Origin: Eledone cirrhosa
Lineage: Eukaryota
NCBI GenBank assembly: GCA_964016885.1
Contig: OZ024752.1
Span: 25,296,001-25,360,000 of the forward strand
Reading direction: 5' to 3'
DNA: 64,000 nucleotides
Under the pieces are notes generated by a model that saw only the letters and a list, made by a program, of their open reading frames with translations, was not told where the DNA came from and ran no database searches. The position numbers were made by a program, and so were the translations under genes. Positions 1-16,534 of this stretch are shown here, one piece after another; within the stretch, counting starts at the first letter, position 1; each line of letters begins with the position of its first letter.

Positions 1-1943
1 AATTTTAACACACAATTTCAATACTTCATGACAACGATACACACTATATGCAAAAAGTTTGTCACGGAGAAAAAGGCAATCAGACACAAAAATCTTATTC
101 CCAGAGACAGAGATAGGAAATTCCTTATGAGAGGTAGAACCAAACTCTCAAACCAGTTGAATAGTCAACAAAACAAAAACAAGAAGGAATCCTATTTGAA
201 ATGTGCATTACTTGGCACCGAGATTCCACTCAAGCTTTCCCATGAGAATGAGAGGGCAAAGAAAGAGAACAGGGCCATAGAAAACATTAAAACAAACCGT
301 AAGGCCTTCTTTAAATTTGCAAAAGAAACTGCCTCAGTATACTGCAAGATTGGGCCACTCTTCCATACGGACGGTTCATTAACCGAAAACCCCCAAGAGA
401 TATGTGAAATACTGAACGAACAGTACAAAAGTGTGTTCACATGTCCACTGAGGCACATGCCACAACACTACATGAAGAAATGGCTACCATCAACCACATA
501 GACATAACGGAGGAGGATGTGGTGTACGCCATTGATGAAACTAGAACAGACTCGGCTGCTGGACCTGATGAATTCTCACCAGTTCTCTTAAAAATATGTA
601 AGCGGGCCTTAGCAACTCCACTGAAGATGCTCTTCAGAAGCTCCTTGGCTAGCGGTGTACTACCCAGGGAGCTGAAAGAAGGCACAATATGCCCTATCCA
701 TAAAGGAAGTAGCAATATGCCCTATCCATAAAGGAAGTAGCAGAGCGGAGGCCAAAAACTATAGGCCAGTCTCCCTGACGTCGCATTACAGTAAGGTCAT
801 GGAGCGAATCGCATTACAGTAAGGTCATGGAGCGAATCGTCAGAAACTAATCACTTTCCTCGAGGAAAATGACCGTCTGACTAGCACGCAACATGGCTTC
901 CGTCCAGGAAGAAGCTGCCTTACACAACTGCTACATCACTACGACTGGGTACTGAAACAACTACTGGACAGCTCACATGTGGATGTGATATATCTTGACT
1001 TTGCGAAGGCCTTTGACAAGGTCGACCACGGAATGATATGTCACAAACTACACGGACTCGGCATATCTGGAAAAGTAGATGAGTGGCTGCATGGCTTCCT
1101 AAGGGACAGAAGCCAGGCAGTCACAGCAACTGCGGCCCTCTCAAAGGAAACACCGATAACAAGTGGGGTGCCCCAGGGGACAGTCCTGGGACCACTACTG
1201 TTTTTCCTGGCTCTCTCAGACATACCCTCTATAGTACATACAACAACATCCCTCACTAGCTATGCTGATGACACTAAGGTAGCACAGGCAATCAAAAACC
1301 CGGCTGACGCTGCCCTTTTACAGCAGGATCTGGATGCCATATACAAATGGGCGGAAGAAAACAACATGCAGTTTAATGCTGGCAAATTCCAAGCCCTACA
1401 ATACAAACCTCCAAACAAACCTGCAAACACAAATATAGTACAACACAACTACACAGGACCGGGAGGGACTGATATCCCCGTGTCAAAATCGATACGAGAC
1501 CTGGGCATAGACATGAGCGATGATGCATCTTTTTCTTCACACATCATGAAAGTGGCGACAATGTGCAGACGACTCGCTGGCTGGATCTTGAGGACTTTCC
1601 GGACAAGAGATCGAGACACCATATTGACACTATGGAGGGCATTTGTCCTAAGCCACCTGGACTACTGCTCCCAGTTGTGGTCACCCCATAGTGTCAAACT
1701 AACCACGGAGCATGAGGCAATCCAGCGAAGCTACACCAAGAGGATTGCCAAGATAAGGGAGACAAGCTCCGTGGAATGAAGACGGGAGAGATACGCAGTG
1801 ATCTACATGTGGAAAATCCTGGAGGGACTAGCACCAAACTTTGGCATTGAGAGCTGGACCAACCGTCGAACAGGACGTCACTGTGTGGTGCCAAAGGTCC
1901 CGTCTTCCACATCTAGAATAAAGAGCAGGTATTGCAATAGCCT
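1..1943 (+). mobile_element. CR1-clade-like LINE, degraded ORF2 (RT) fragment, 3'-truncated
   Basis: ORFs 28-501, 441-731 and 979-1779 give YLDFAKAFDKVDH, SGVPQGTVLGPLLF, YADD and HLDYCSQLWSP. Colinear with 48360-50280. Frameshifted. Confidence 0.9.
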
Positions 1944-1970
1944 ATATGTATACAGACATACAGTAGCATG

Positions 1971-2040
<70 letters not shown>

Positions 2041-2473
2041 CATACAGGTACACATACATATATGTACGTATCAGTTTAGCGGACGTTTATTATAACGCCC
2101 GCTTTGTCCGTTTGTAAACAAACTGAGAGCCTGAATTTATGCCGTACGGTGTTAAGGCAACCACGTCACCTTTTTGTTCAACACTGACACAGGAACGATG
2201 TACTAGTTTCAAGCTTGTTAGCTATCATCAGCACCGTATACCCTTCTGCCAGATGGTTGAACGTTCGAAAGTATATACTTTCCTTATGAAAATTAACGGC
2301 TGAGCAGCCTAATTTGCATATCGAGTGAGTTCAGTCGGCCAGGCGCACCGAAAACGATAAGTTGTAATAAAATGAAAACGAAATTTCATTTCTCACTCTT
2401 AGTACGGCACTTACTTAAATGTAAGTATGTATGTATACGTACATACATATATGTATACAGACGTACAGTAGCA

Positions 2474-2508
<35 letters not shown>

Positions 2509-2679
2509 GTACACATACATATATGTACGTATCAGTTTAGCGGACGTTTATTATAACGCCCGCTTTGTCCGTTTGTAAACAAACTGACAGCCTGAATTAT
2601 GCCGTACGGTGTTAAGGCAACCACGTCACCTTTTTGTTCAACACTGACACAGGAACGATGTACTAGTTTCAAGCTTGTT
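1944..2679 (-). mobile_element. ORF-free tandem element (~460-bp period) carrying a hammerhead; retrozyme-like or PLE pseudo-LTR
   Basis: aggaacgatgtactagtttcaagcttgtt occurs at 2191 and 2651, and ~1944-2219 repeats at ~2449-2679. HHR on the minus strand. Confidence 0.65.
2196..2236 (-). ncRNA. Minimal type I hammerhead ribozyme
   Basis: Minus strand reads cggug-CUGAUGA-u agcu aaca agcu u-GAAA-cuag-UA-caucg. Stems I and II pair, and stem III is palindromic. Confidence 0.8.
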
Positions 2680-3247
2680 TAATGCCGCTGTTGTTGTTGT
2701 TGTAAATGTTCATTTCAGTTCATTCTGAAGCTGTTGTTGCTGTAAACATTAGTGCCTGTGTTGTTGTTGTTGTAGATGTTGGGGTTGAAATCTGGTCGTT
2801 TGACTGAGTGATGTATTACACACATATACATACACACACATATATATATACACATTCAACAAAGAGTAGAGAGTTTGACAACAGGTCGATGACTTTAGTC
2901 TAGATAGGGTATGGTATGGTAATGACATGTGATGGAGGGGAAAGAGTGTAGACGTTATTGTGGTGGTGGGGACAGTGAGATGTATCTAGTTCATTTGACC
3001 GTTTTCTTCTCTTAGCAAAATTTGAATTTTAGCCATGTTATATTGAGATGTAAGTAAATGTAAAATGTAAAATATAAATAAGGATTGCTCTGCTAAAATA
3101 TACTAAAATATTTGTGTAACTTCCACAAACTTCTGTCGTGGCATTCCCGAGTCCAGTAACCAAAACATTGTTGTATTTTGATGTTTCAGAATACAAAAAT
3201 TAATTAAAAACTTACCCCACGAAAAGACAGCGTGTGTTGTCCTATTA

Positions 3248-3882
<635 letters not shown>

Positions 3883-4055
3883 TAAACAAATAATGAACAA
3901 ACAATTCCTTATATTAAACAAAAAAAGTTCACTATTTAACGATCGTTTCTAGGGCACATATGTGTTATAATTGGTATGCATATTTAACAGATCTATGTAC
4001 AAAATTATACAAAATTATACAAATTATCAAGATTAAATATACGTGTATATATATA

Positions 4056-5293
4056 TATGTGTATATATATGTATATATATATATATATGTGTGTATATGT
4101 ATATATATGTGTATGTGTATGTATATGTATATGTATGCGTATTAATTTTGATTTTTATTTGCATATAATTATATTATGCTATTGATGAAATACAATATCT
4201 GCTTTATGTATTGTATACCTAATTAACATATACTAATTAACGTATACTATTGAAATAAATATATAATTTTTAATTTAGTTAACATATAATTTATATGCTA
4301 CTACCGATGTAATACTTTATTTTATTTTTATTTGGGTTTCTTTTCCCTATTACTAAATTCATCTCCTAATATTGATACCATAACGTTATTAACTTTAATT
4401 TAGTTATAATGTAATTAATAATCTACTACTGTTTGACTTCATAATTTTGCTTCAAATATTATAAACCTAACTAATTTACACCTTGGAAATCAATATGTTG
4501 ACTATCTTTGGTTTAGTTAACATATGATTAATGGTATACTTTTTTATTTTGGGATGCATAGATTTCGTATTTCCTAGCACTGAAAATATGTAAGAACATA
4601 CATTGAATTAAGATACGGAAAATATTATATGTTTCTTGAAACATATATTTACTTTGATCCCCTTCTCCAAACCCCCCCTTTCCCCCATACTATTATCATC
4701 TGTTTTTGTAAGAGTATATGTATGAATATATGTGTAGGTGGGTGTCTATATAGGTTTTGGTATTTATTTCTAAATATAAAAATACATATATGAGCATGTA
4801 AATATGAATGTAAGATTGAGTGTGTATATATGATTGTACATACATGTGTATGTATATATATGTGTATATATATGTATTATATATGTATGTGTATGTGAAT
4901 GTGTGGTATGTATATGTGTATGTATATGTATATATGTGTTTGTATGTGTATGCTTGTATATAGGAATATATATATGTGTATATATGTATGTATATGTATA
5001 TGCGTGGTTGTATGTATGTGTATATGGGTTCTGTATATATTTGTATGTCTCTCTATTTATATGTTTATCTTCGTATCTATGTGATATATGTGTGTGTGTG
5101 TGCATATATGCATATGTATGTGTTTGTGTGTGTTTGTATGTGTGTGTGTATATATATATGTATTTGCGCACACTCACATACACATATATATATATATGTA
5201 TATGTGAGTGTGTATGTGTGTCTGTGTGTGTGTGTGTGTGTGTATGTGTATATATGTATGTATATGTATGTATGTATGTATGTGTATATATAT

Positions 5294-5329
<36 letters not shown>

Positions 5330-5798
5330 ATATAGGTGTCTATGTGTGAATATATGTCTTTATTCGTATGTGTGTATTTATGTATGTATATGTTTAGGTG
5401 TATGTATGTATGTGTATGTATGTGTGTGTATATATATATGTATATGTATATATGTATATGTGTGTATATATGTATATATATATATATATATATTATTCTT
5501 TATTATTATTGTAATATAACTTATGTGTATATGTGTATAAGTGAGGTTGTGTATGTATATATACTATATGTATATATAAGAGTAATGAAATATATATATA
5601 TATATATATATATATGTGCATGTCTGTTTTTTATGTGTGTGTATATATATATATGTATGTGTATATATGTGTGTATATATATATATATGTGTACGTGTGT
5701 GTATGTGGATATATATATATATGTATATATATATATACATGTGGGTGTTTGTATGTATATTTATGGTGGTATGAGTGTGGGGATATATATGTTTGTAT

Positions 5799-5830
<32 letters not shown>

Positions 5831-6993
5831 GAGTCTATGTGTGTGTGTATATATATGTATATATATGTATATATATATATATATATGTGTATGTGTGTAT
5901 GTGTTGCGCGTGAGTGTGTGTGTATTTATATCTTTTTATATGTGTATGTGTATGTTCGTGTAAATGTATGTGTGTGTATGACAGTATAGGTATGTGTGTA
6001 TGTATGTATGTGTAGATATCTCTATGTGCGCGTACATGTATGTATGTATATGTATATCTGTATGTGTATGTACATTTATTATATTTTATTGTTTTTATTT
6101 TTTTATTTTTCTTAATTTATAGATACATTTATATTAGGCTGTCTGGTCTGACAATCTAATACTGACCCCTCCCCCCCCCTCCCACCTAATTTCTGTATCT
6201 TGATCTTGAAATGTGTGTACCAGTGTTTTTATGTGAGTGACTTAATTTCTATTTGCTTATGATTTTATATCCACATATATAAATGTGAGTGGGGGAGTGT
6301 GTGTGTTTGTATGTTCGTGGTTATGTGTATATTTATGCATATACGCACATGTATGTGTGATTATACTGATATGTGTGAGTATGAAAAAAATATATTTATA
6401 TGCTTGACTCCATAAGTATCTTTGCGTATCTTATCAGCGCATTAAGCTTACAGAGATATTAACCTTGAAATTTTGTGTTTGCATCCATCTTTTTAGTATA
6501 CACATACAAATTATACACACATTATTGTAAAATATGTGTAAGGTTTTTGCATGTGTATACACACACCAAACTGCTTTTAACCCTTTGTGTTTTCATTGGT
6601 CAATTTTGAACTGATATTTTGAATTGTTGTTATTATCAATAAATATACTTCATTATTTCTGAAGACGGCGTATATATGAGTTAGGTATGTATATTTAATC
6701 TTGATAATTTGTATAATTTTGTATAATTTTGTACATAGATCTGTTAAATATGCATACCAATTATAACACATATGTGCCCTAGAAACGATCGTTAAATAGT
6801 GAACTTTTTTTGTTTAATATAAGGAATTGTTTGTTCATTATTTGTTTAATATTTTATCTTGACTCTGTATACCGTTTATCTTTCACCGAAAGTGGATTTT
6901 CATTACATCTCTTCTTTCCATGATATCCGGAATACATTGAGTTCTTCATACGGATTGGACACTACCGTAAACTCTTGGTAGATTTATCTACAT
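4056..6993 (+). repeat. 5' pseudo-LTR of PLE family A (~2.9 kb, microsatellite-rich)
   Basis: Near-identical to 10135-13072; the ORF track shows identical translations offset by 6079. Confidence 0.92.
6649..6803 (+). ncRNA. Type I hammerhead with long stem II (family A, 5' copy)
   Basis: uucauuauuu-CUGAAGA-[~115-nt hairpin: ggcguauau/auaugugcc, gguauguauauuuaa/uuaaauaugcauacc]-GAAA-cgaucg-UU-aaauagugaa. Confidence 0.8.
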
Positions 6994-7148
6994 AATTTTG
7001 CTCCTATTTTCACGGAAATATTCGTATTTTTGTACTGTATGTGTGTATTAATTTTATATTTATGTATAAACATATATATATATGTATGATTTTGTAAACC
7101 CATATACATTTAGTTGAGCTCTTTCAATTGTCCATCATCCATATCACA

Positions 7149-9583
7149 ATGGAAAAACAATATTTAGGAACCTCCTTAAAAAACATACCAATACCTTCTA
7201 AGGACGACTTCTTACTCCTTATGATTCAGAAAACTAATAATTTTATCAGAAGGGTTAGATGGAGAGCCTACCACTTCGATAGAAAATCTAAACAAGCAGA
7301 TCGGAAATATATGTATGATTTCAACACTTACAAGAATCCACCACACAACTTTTTACTTGAAGACTTCGAGAAAGACCTTTTTAATTTAATTAAACACCTC
7401 AAATTTAAAAAGTATAAATCCGTCTTTCAAAAGGACCTTGATTCTACCCTATTGGACCTAAAAAAGTCTAAAAAAATCCATGTCCACTCGGACAAAACTG
7501 GTAACTTGTATCATATGGATATTGAACATTATAATGAGTTCATATATAAAGAACTCAGAAAAAATTATAAAAAATCTAATAATGTGTCACTCACCAACAT
7601 CAACAACAAAACACACAACATAGTAAAAAAACTAAATATTGAAGATAGAACTGAACCTTTGGCATTGAAAAGTCCACACTTCAACCTGAAAGATCACAAA
7701 TCTAACTTTAACTCTAATCCTTCTATTAGACTTATATGTCCCTCCAAATCAGATATTGGAATAATTAGCAAAAAAATTTTAGATAGAGTCATCCCACAAA
7801 TAAGAAAATACGTTATTTTACCACTCTGGGAAAACACCTCCCAGGTAATTAATTGGTTTAAAAATATTAGGTGTAAATCTTCTGCTTCTTTCCTACAATT
7901 TGATATTACTATTCTTCTATATCACCCATACTCCTGAACAAAGCATTAATATTTGCTAAAAATAGATCTAATTTAACTTCGGATGACATTAACATTATTA
8001 CACATGCTAGACAAACACTTATTGAATTTCAGAATGAATACTGGACCAGAAACACTTACAGTAATCTTTTTGATATTACTATGGGTTCAAGCGATTCCGC
8101 CCAAATTACTGATCTTGTGGGCCTCTTTCTCCTTTTCAACATAAATGCCTCTTTTCCCCACCTCAAAGGTGGTTTATATCGTGATGACTGTCTTCTTCTT
8201 TCTAACAACCTTAGCCTTTCAGAAATCGAAAAAAACAAAAAGCATATTAGAACTTTCCTTAAAGACTATTATAATCTTAATATTACTTTTGAAAAAACAA
8301 GTAAAGTAGTAAATTTCCTAGATATAACTTTAGATTTAGCTACGGGTATATACCAACCTTACCATAAACCTAACCAAAACTTACATTACATACACTCACA
8401 ATCTAATCACCCTAAATCTATCCTTAAAAACCTCGCATATAATATATCACTTAGAATTTCTAACCTTTCTTCTAACCAAGATGTATTTGATAAAAATGCG
8501 ACCTTTTATAATGAAGCTCTAGATAGAAGTGGCCACAAAAATAGATTAGAGTATATACCTTCTACTAAAAATACTGAAAGCATACAGCATAATATTACCA
8601 ACAAACACCAAATGAAAAGTACACACCTAAATGCCACCCACAGTATACCCCAAAATACTAAATCTTCTAATATAAAGTATAGTAACCCTCAAAAAACTAC
8701 TCATCATACGACTATAATAAATATTAATAATAAAACTCCTAATAAAAAAGATAAAACACCTAAATCTACAAATATAACTAAAAATAGTTGTGGTGAGATC
8801 ATTAACATTAATCCTCCTAGTAAAAATCATGATACAACATATAAAAATAATAAAAATAATAAACAACATAGAAACCGTAATAGACGAGTTACTTGGTATA
8901 ATGCTCCTTTTAATTTACAAGTTAAGGATAATATTGCTAAAAAATTTTTTTATATCCTTGAGAAAAACTTCCCGCCAAACCACAAATACCATCAAATCTT
9001 AAATAGGTCTACAGTTAAATTCTCATACTCTACAACAAATAACATAAAACAAAATATAAGTGCATATAATGCATATAAATGTAAGAAAACCATAAGTATA
9101 CCACCAGTACATCAAATTAACAATAATATCTCCTCAAATACAGAATTAACGAAAGGATGTAACTGTAGAAACAAAACAAACTGCCCATTAAAAGGGAATT
9201 GTCTTGTTAACAACATAGTCTATAAATGTAATGTTAAAACTAAAGATTCTATTTGCTCATATATAGGTGCTACCTCTAACAATTTTAAGACAAGGTATAA
9301 TACCCACAAACATAGCTTTAAAAATGCCGCACTGGCTAATACAACATCTCTAGCAGAAAAAATCAATAGTTATAAAAATAAAAATATAAAATATGATTTG
9401 ACCTGGAGTGTGCTCAAAAGAGCCACCCCTTATCAAAATAATAGAAAGGAATGTAGATTATGTTCCCAGGAACTATTTGAAATAATGAAGTCTAGGGATA
9501 TCTTATTAAATAAAAGACAGGAATTAATTATATCGTGTAATCATAAACTAAAAAAAACATTTAAATATTATAAACCTAATTAA
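7149..9583 (+). pseudogene. PLE RT/GIY-YIG polyprotein (~810 aa) with a single frameshift near 7907
   Basis: SLKNIPIP...RRVRWRA, DKT, LKDHK, QFDI/YSSI, ITMGSSDS, LYRDD, NFLD, WYNAP, CNCRNKTNCPL, IVY...YIG. The frame from YSSISP (~7910) runs open into ORF 8081-9583. Confidence 0.9.
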
Positions 9584-10134
9584 TAACATTATTCTAGAAT
9601 TTAATTTAATTTAAATGTTAGTTAACCTATAAATTTAATTTAATTAATATTTTATTACAGATGAGAAAATATTATGTAATCATAAATTTTGAAAAACCTT
9701 TAAATATTACTAATATATACTCAGTAATTTAATTTATAGATTAATTTTAATTTATTTTAACCTTTTATTATAATTTTTTTTATTATAATTCTTTTACAGA
9801 TAAAATATAACAAAATAATATCATGTATCCTATGACGGAGAAAGAATTTTTAGTATTATAGACCTAATTAATATACATTTTGGAAATATATTTATTATTT
9901 GGTTTTAGTTTTAATCAACCTAAAACTTTAATTTTAATTTGCTTAAAATTAGTATCCTTGTACAGACGAATTGCAGAATGTCATGTAATCATAGAATGGG
10001 ATGTGTTTTGGATATATACCTAGTTAATATATTCTGTGCAATTTTTTGAAAAAGATATGTATATCTATATGTATATGTATATGTGTGTATTGTATGTGTA
10101 TCTGTATGTATATTTATGTGACTATATATGTATG

Positions 10135-11372
10135 TATGTGTATATATATGTATATATATATATATATGTGTGTATATGTATATATATGTGTATGTGTATG
10201 TATATGTATATGTATGCGTATTAATTTTGATTTTTATTTGCATATAATTATATTATGCTATTGATGAAATACAATATCTGCTTTATGTATTGTATACCTA
10301 ATTAACATATACTAATTAACGTATACTATTGAAATAAATATATAATTTTTAATTTAGTTAACATATAATTTATATGCTACTACCGATGTAATACTTTATT
10401 TTATTTTTATTTGGGTTTCTTTTCCCTATTACTAAATTCATCTCCTAATATTGATACCATAACGTTATTAACTTTAATTTAGTTATAATGTAATTAATAA
10501 TCTACTACTGTTTGACTTCATAATTTTGCTTCAAATATTATAAACCTAACTAATTTACACCTTGGAAATCAATATGTTGACTATCTTTGGTTTAGTTAAC
10601 ATATGATTAATGGTATACTTTTTTATTTTGGGATGCATAGATTTCGTATTTCCTAGCACTGAAAATATGTAAGAACATACATTGAATTAAGATACGGAAA
10701 ATATTATATGTTTCTTGAAACATATATTTACTTTGATCCCCTTCTCCAAACCCCCCCTTTCCCCCATACTATTATCATCTGTTTTTGTAAGAGTATATGT
10801 ATGAATATATGTGTAGGTGGGTGTCTATATAGGTTTTGGTATTTATTTCTAAATATAAAAATACATATATGAGCATGTAAATATGAATGTAAGATTGAGT
10901 GTGTATATATGATTGTACATACATGTGTATGTATATATATGTGTATATATATGTATTATATATGTATGTGTATGTGAATGTGTGGTATGTATATGTGTAT
11001 GTATATGTATATATGTGTTTGTATGTGTATGCTTGTATATAGGAATATATATATGTGTATATATGTATGTATATGTATATGCGTGGTTGTATGTATGTGT
11101 ATATGGGTTCTGTATATATTTGTATGTCTCTCTATTTATATGTTTATCTTCGTATCTATGTGATATATGTGTGTGTGTGTGCATATATGCATATGTATGT
11201 GTTTGTGTGTGTTTGTATGTGTGTGTGTATATATATATGTATTTGCGCACACTCACATACACATATATATATATATGTATATGTGAGTGTGTATGTGTGT
11301 CTGTGTGTGTGTGTGTGTGTGTATGTGTATATATGTATGTATATGTATGTATGTATGTATGTGTATATATAT

Positions 11373-11408
<36 letters not shown>

Positions 11409-11879
11409 ATATAGGTGTCTATGTGTGAATATATGTCTTTATTCGTATGTGTGTATTTATGTATGTATATGTTTAGGTGTATGTATGTATGTGTATGTAT
11501 GTGTGTGTATATATATATGTATATGTATATATGTATATGTGTGTATATATGTATATATATATATATATATATATTATTCTTTATTATTATTGTAATATAA
11601 CTTATGTGTATATGTGTATAAGTGAGGTTGTGTATGTATATATACTATATGTATATATAAGAGTAATGAAATATATATATATATATATATATATATGTGC
11701 ATGTCTGTTTTTTATGTGTGTGTATATATATATATGTATGTGTATATATGTGTGTATATATATATATATGTGTACGTGTGTGTATGTGGATATATATATA
11801 TATGTATATATATATATACATGTGGGTGTTTGTATGTATATTTATGGTGGTATGAGTGTGGGGATATATATGTTTGTAT

Positions 11880-11911
<32 letters not shown>

Positions 11912-13067
11912 GAGTCTATGTGTGTGTGTATATATATGTATATATATGTATATATATATATATATATGTGTATGTGTGTATGTGTTGCGCGTGAGTGTGT
12001 GTGTATTTATATCTTTTTATATGTGTATGTGTATGTTCGTGTAAATGTATGTGTGTGTATGACAGTATAGGTATGTGTGTATGTATGTATGTGTAGATAT
12101 CTCTATGTGCGCGTACATGTATGTATGTATATGTATATCTGTATGTGTATGTACATTTATTATATTTTATTGTTTTTATTTTTTTATTTTTCTTAATTTA
12201 TAGATACATTTATATTAGGCTGTCTGGTCTGACAATCTAATACTGACCCCTCCCCCCCCCTCCCACCTAATTTCTGTATCTTGATCTTGAAATGTGTGTA
12301 CCAGTGTTTTTATGTGAGTGACTTAATTTCTATTTGCTTATGATTTTATATCCACATATATAAATGTGAGTGGGGGAGTGTGTGTGTTTGTATGTTCGTG
12401 GTTATGTGTATATTTATGCATATACGCACATGTATGTGTGATTATACTGATATGTGTGAGTATGAAAAAAATATATTTATATGCTTGACTCCATAAGTAT
12501 CTTTGCGTATCTTATCAGCGCATTAAGCTTACAGAGATATTAACCTTGAAATTTTGTTTGCATCCATCTTTTTAGTATACACATACAAATTATACACACA
12601 TTATTGTAAAATATGTGTAAGGTTTTTGCATGTGTATACACACACCAAACTGCTTTTAACCCTTTGTGTTTTCATTGGTCAATTTTGAACTGATATTTTG
12701 AATTGTTGTTATTATCAATAAATATACTTCATTATTTCTGAAGACGGCGTATATATGAGTTAGGTATGTATATTTAATCTTGATAATTTGTATAATTTTG
12801 TATAATTTTGTACATAGATCTGTTAAATATGCATACCAATTATAACACATATGTGCCCTAGAAACGATCGTTAAATAGTGAACTTTTTTTGTTTAATATA
12901 AGGAATTGTTTGTTCATTATTTGTTTAATATTTTATCTTGACTCTGTATACCGTTTATCTTTCACCGAAAGTGGATTTTCATTACATCTCTTCTTTCCAT
13001 GATATCCGGAATACATTGAGTTCTTCATACGGATTGGACACTACCGTAAACTCTTGGTAGATTTATC

Positions 13068-13072
<5 letters not shown>
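10135..13072 (+). repeat. 3' pseudo-LTR of PLE family A
   Basis: Direct repeat of 4056-6993; ends gatttatctac|atatata. Confidence 0.92.
12728..12882 (+). ncRNA. Type I hammerhead (family A, 3' copy)
   Basis: Identical to 6649-6803. Confidence 0.8.
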
Positions 13073-13109
<37 letters not shown>

Positions 13110-13166
13110 TATATACATATATAAATATATACACATATATATATATATACATATATATATATATTC

Positions 13167-13235
<69 letters not shown>

Positions 13236-13276
13236 CATATATATACATATATATATATACATATATATACATATAC

Positions 13277-13367
<91 letters not shown>

Positions 13368-13370
13368 TAT

Positions 13371-13437
<67 letters not shown>

Positions 13438-13492
13438 GATATACATATATACATATACATATATATATACATATACATATACATATATATAC

Positions 13493-13577
<85 letters not shown>
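13072..13577. repeat. (TA)n microsatellite
   Basis: Direct reading. Confidence 0.97.
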
Positions 13578-14330
<753 letters not shown>

Positions 14331-14359
14331 CACGGGTGTGTATAATTGTGTAAAGAAGA

Positions 14360-14745
14360 TTATATTAATAAGAGGAATTACAACTTTGTCTGATTTACTC
14401 GTTTCATTTACATTCCTTTAAAATTTATAATGGTATTATAATGAAATAGTATGATAGAATATTAAATTCTAAGTGTTAATTGAATAAGTACTTTCATGCT
14501 TTCGCAATCTTCAGGTTCATAATGGTGACAGTCATGTTTGCAATTTTCAACTGTTAAAATATGCAAACTTGACTGTCACCACATATTATGAACCTGAAGA
14601 TTGCGAAAGCATGAAAGTACTTGTTCAATTAACACTTAGAATTTAATATTCTATCAGACTATTTCATTATAATACCATTATAAATTTAAAAGGATTGTAA
14701 ATAAAACGAGTAAATCAGACAAAGTTGAAATTCCTCTTATTAATA
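14360..14745. mobile_element. Palindromic foldback element (family N) with hammerheads on both strands
   Basis: ~190-bp arms inverted about caactgtt (~14550). A second copy lies at 18241-18482 in the opposite orientation. Confidence 0.8.
14589..14627 (+). ncRNA. Minimal hammerhead (family N); other copies 14481-14519(-), 18322-18360(-), 18430-18468(+)
   Basis: ugaac-CUGAAGA-u ugc gaaa gca u-GAAA-guac-UU-guuca. Confidence 0.85.
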
Positions 14746-14795
14746 TATATATATATATATTATATATATACATATATATATACATATATATATAC

Positions 14796-14956
<161 letters not shown>

Positions 14957-15606
14957 CATATATATATATACGTATATATATACATATATATATATACATA
15001 TATATATTTATTAAAATAACAGATTAAAGTTTAAGCAAAGAATCGCTGCTTTCACCCTTAACGGGATCTTCTGGAACTAACAAAGTCAATCTGTAAACGC
15101 AGAACTGGATATTTCAAAAAAGTTGCAACCGGAGGAAGACAGGAAGACGATACTTTGGTATGTGGTAATGTTCGCTGGCAAAGAACGGGAAAAAACGAAT
15201 AATACGTCATTAAAAGGAGCGGTGAAAAACAATTACGCTCAAAGACAGAACCACGTTTAGGTATAAAAGAGGTCGTAGACTAATGTTCTCTTAGGTGGTG
15301 CATAGACGTTCTCTGGCAATGAACGAAAAAACGAAGATAATAAGTCATATGTGGAGCGTGGAGAACAATAGCACGCAAAGACAAAACCACGTAAATGGTA
15401 TAGCAGAAGTCGTAGACTAAAATTCTAACTAGGAGACCAAATGAATCTCCGCTACAGAGTTAAAAACAAAGTAAATAAATACAATACAGAAGTAATAGAA
15501 ATAAATAAATACATACACGCAAACAAATACGTACATACACAAGCATACGCAAAACCTTACCATAGGTTTACAACCACGCACATATAAATATGTGTGTGTG
15601 TGTGTA

Positions 15607-16534
15607 TGTTGTATTACCCGTATAGAAAGCCGAATGATACGCTTAATTACATAAGTAAGCATTCCAACCATCCTGCCAGCATAACCAAGAACCTGGTAAG
15701 AAACGTTTCGTTGAGGCTTTCCCGTCTTTCCACCAACGAGCGCATTTTCAACGACCATTCCACTTATTACAATGAAGCTCTTGCTCGAAGTGGATTTGTC
15801 GATAAGGTAGCATATACAGAGTACGAAAATAGACCTAGAAGAAATAGATCCCGTCGCATTTGTTGGTTTAACGCACCATATAACATGGAGGTGGCCACAC
15901 CATTAGCTAAGATCTTTCTTTCCCTTATTACGAAGCATTTTCCCCCTACACATAAATATAGTAAAATATTTAATAGAAATACTATTAAAATTTCTTACTC
16001 TACGACTCCTAACCTTGCACATAACATCACAGCTTCAACTTTAGCTAAACTACCTAGCCGTAGGAACACGTGCAACCCTGTAGGTAGTACTAACTGTAAT
16101 TGTAGGATCGGGCTGATTGCCCCCTATCCGGGAAATGCCTCTCTAGTAACATTGTCTACATATGTAAGGTTGTAACACCCACGTCCTGTAGGGCCTACAT
16201 AGGGTTAACCGCCAATAGTTTCAAGCAGCGTCTTTACATGCATACCCATTCTTTTCGTTACACTCTAAGAAGCAATATGACGTCACTTTCAGCTTATATC
16301 TGCAGTCTAAAAGACAACCACGCCCAATATAAGTTACACTGGGAGATCCTAGCTAGGGCTAGATCGTATAACGGAAATAAAAGACCATGTGACCTCTGGT
16401 CCGCTGAGGCCCTGGAAATACTCTACGCCACAGACCACATCTTAAACAAAAAATCTGAGGCAATTTCGGCTTGTAAACATAAATTGCACAAAACTTTCCT
16501 GTATTACAGCCCCACGTTATACCCTAACGGATAG
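15607..16534 (+). pseudogene. PLE thumb + GIY-YIG remnant, frameshifted near 16107
   Basis: [22 protein letters not shown], then a shifted frame with YIG and CDL; matches 28368-29432. Confidence 0.88.

Noticed and set aside
2680-3247. (TTG)-rich and unique sequence as a possible host exon or ribozyme
   Set aside because: No recognisable protein motif or HHR fold found; left unannotated.
4056-13072. Long direct repeats as an LTR retrotransposon
   Set aside because: No TG..CA ends, PBS, gag, protease or integrase; the ORF is a PLE RT + GIY-YIG.
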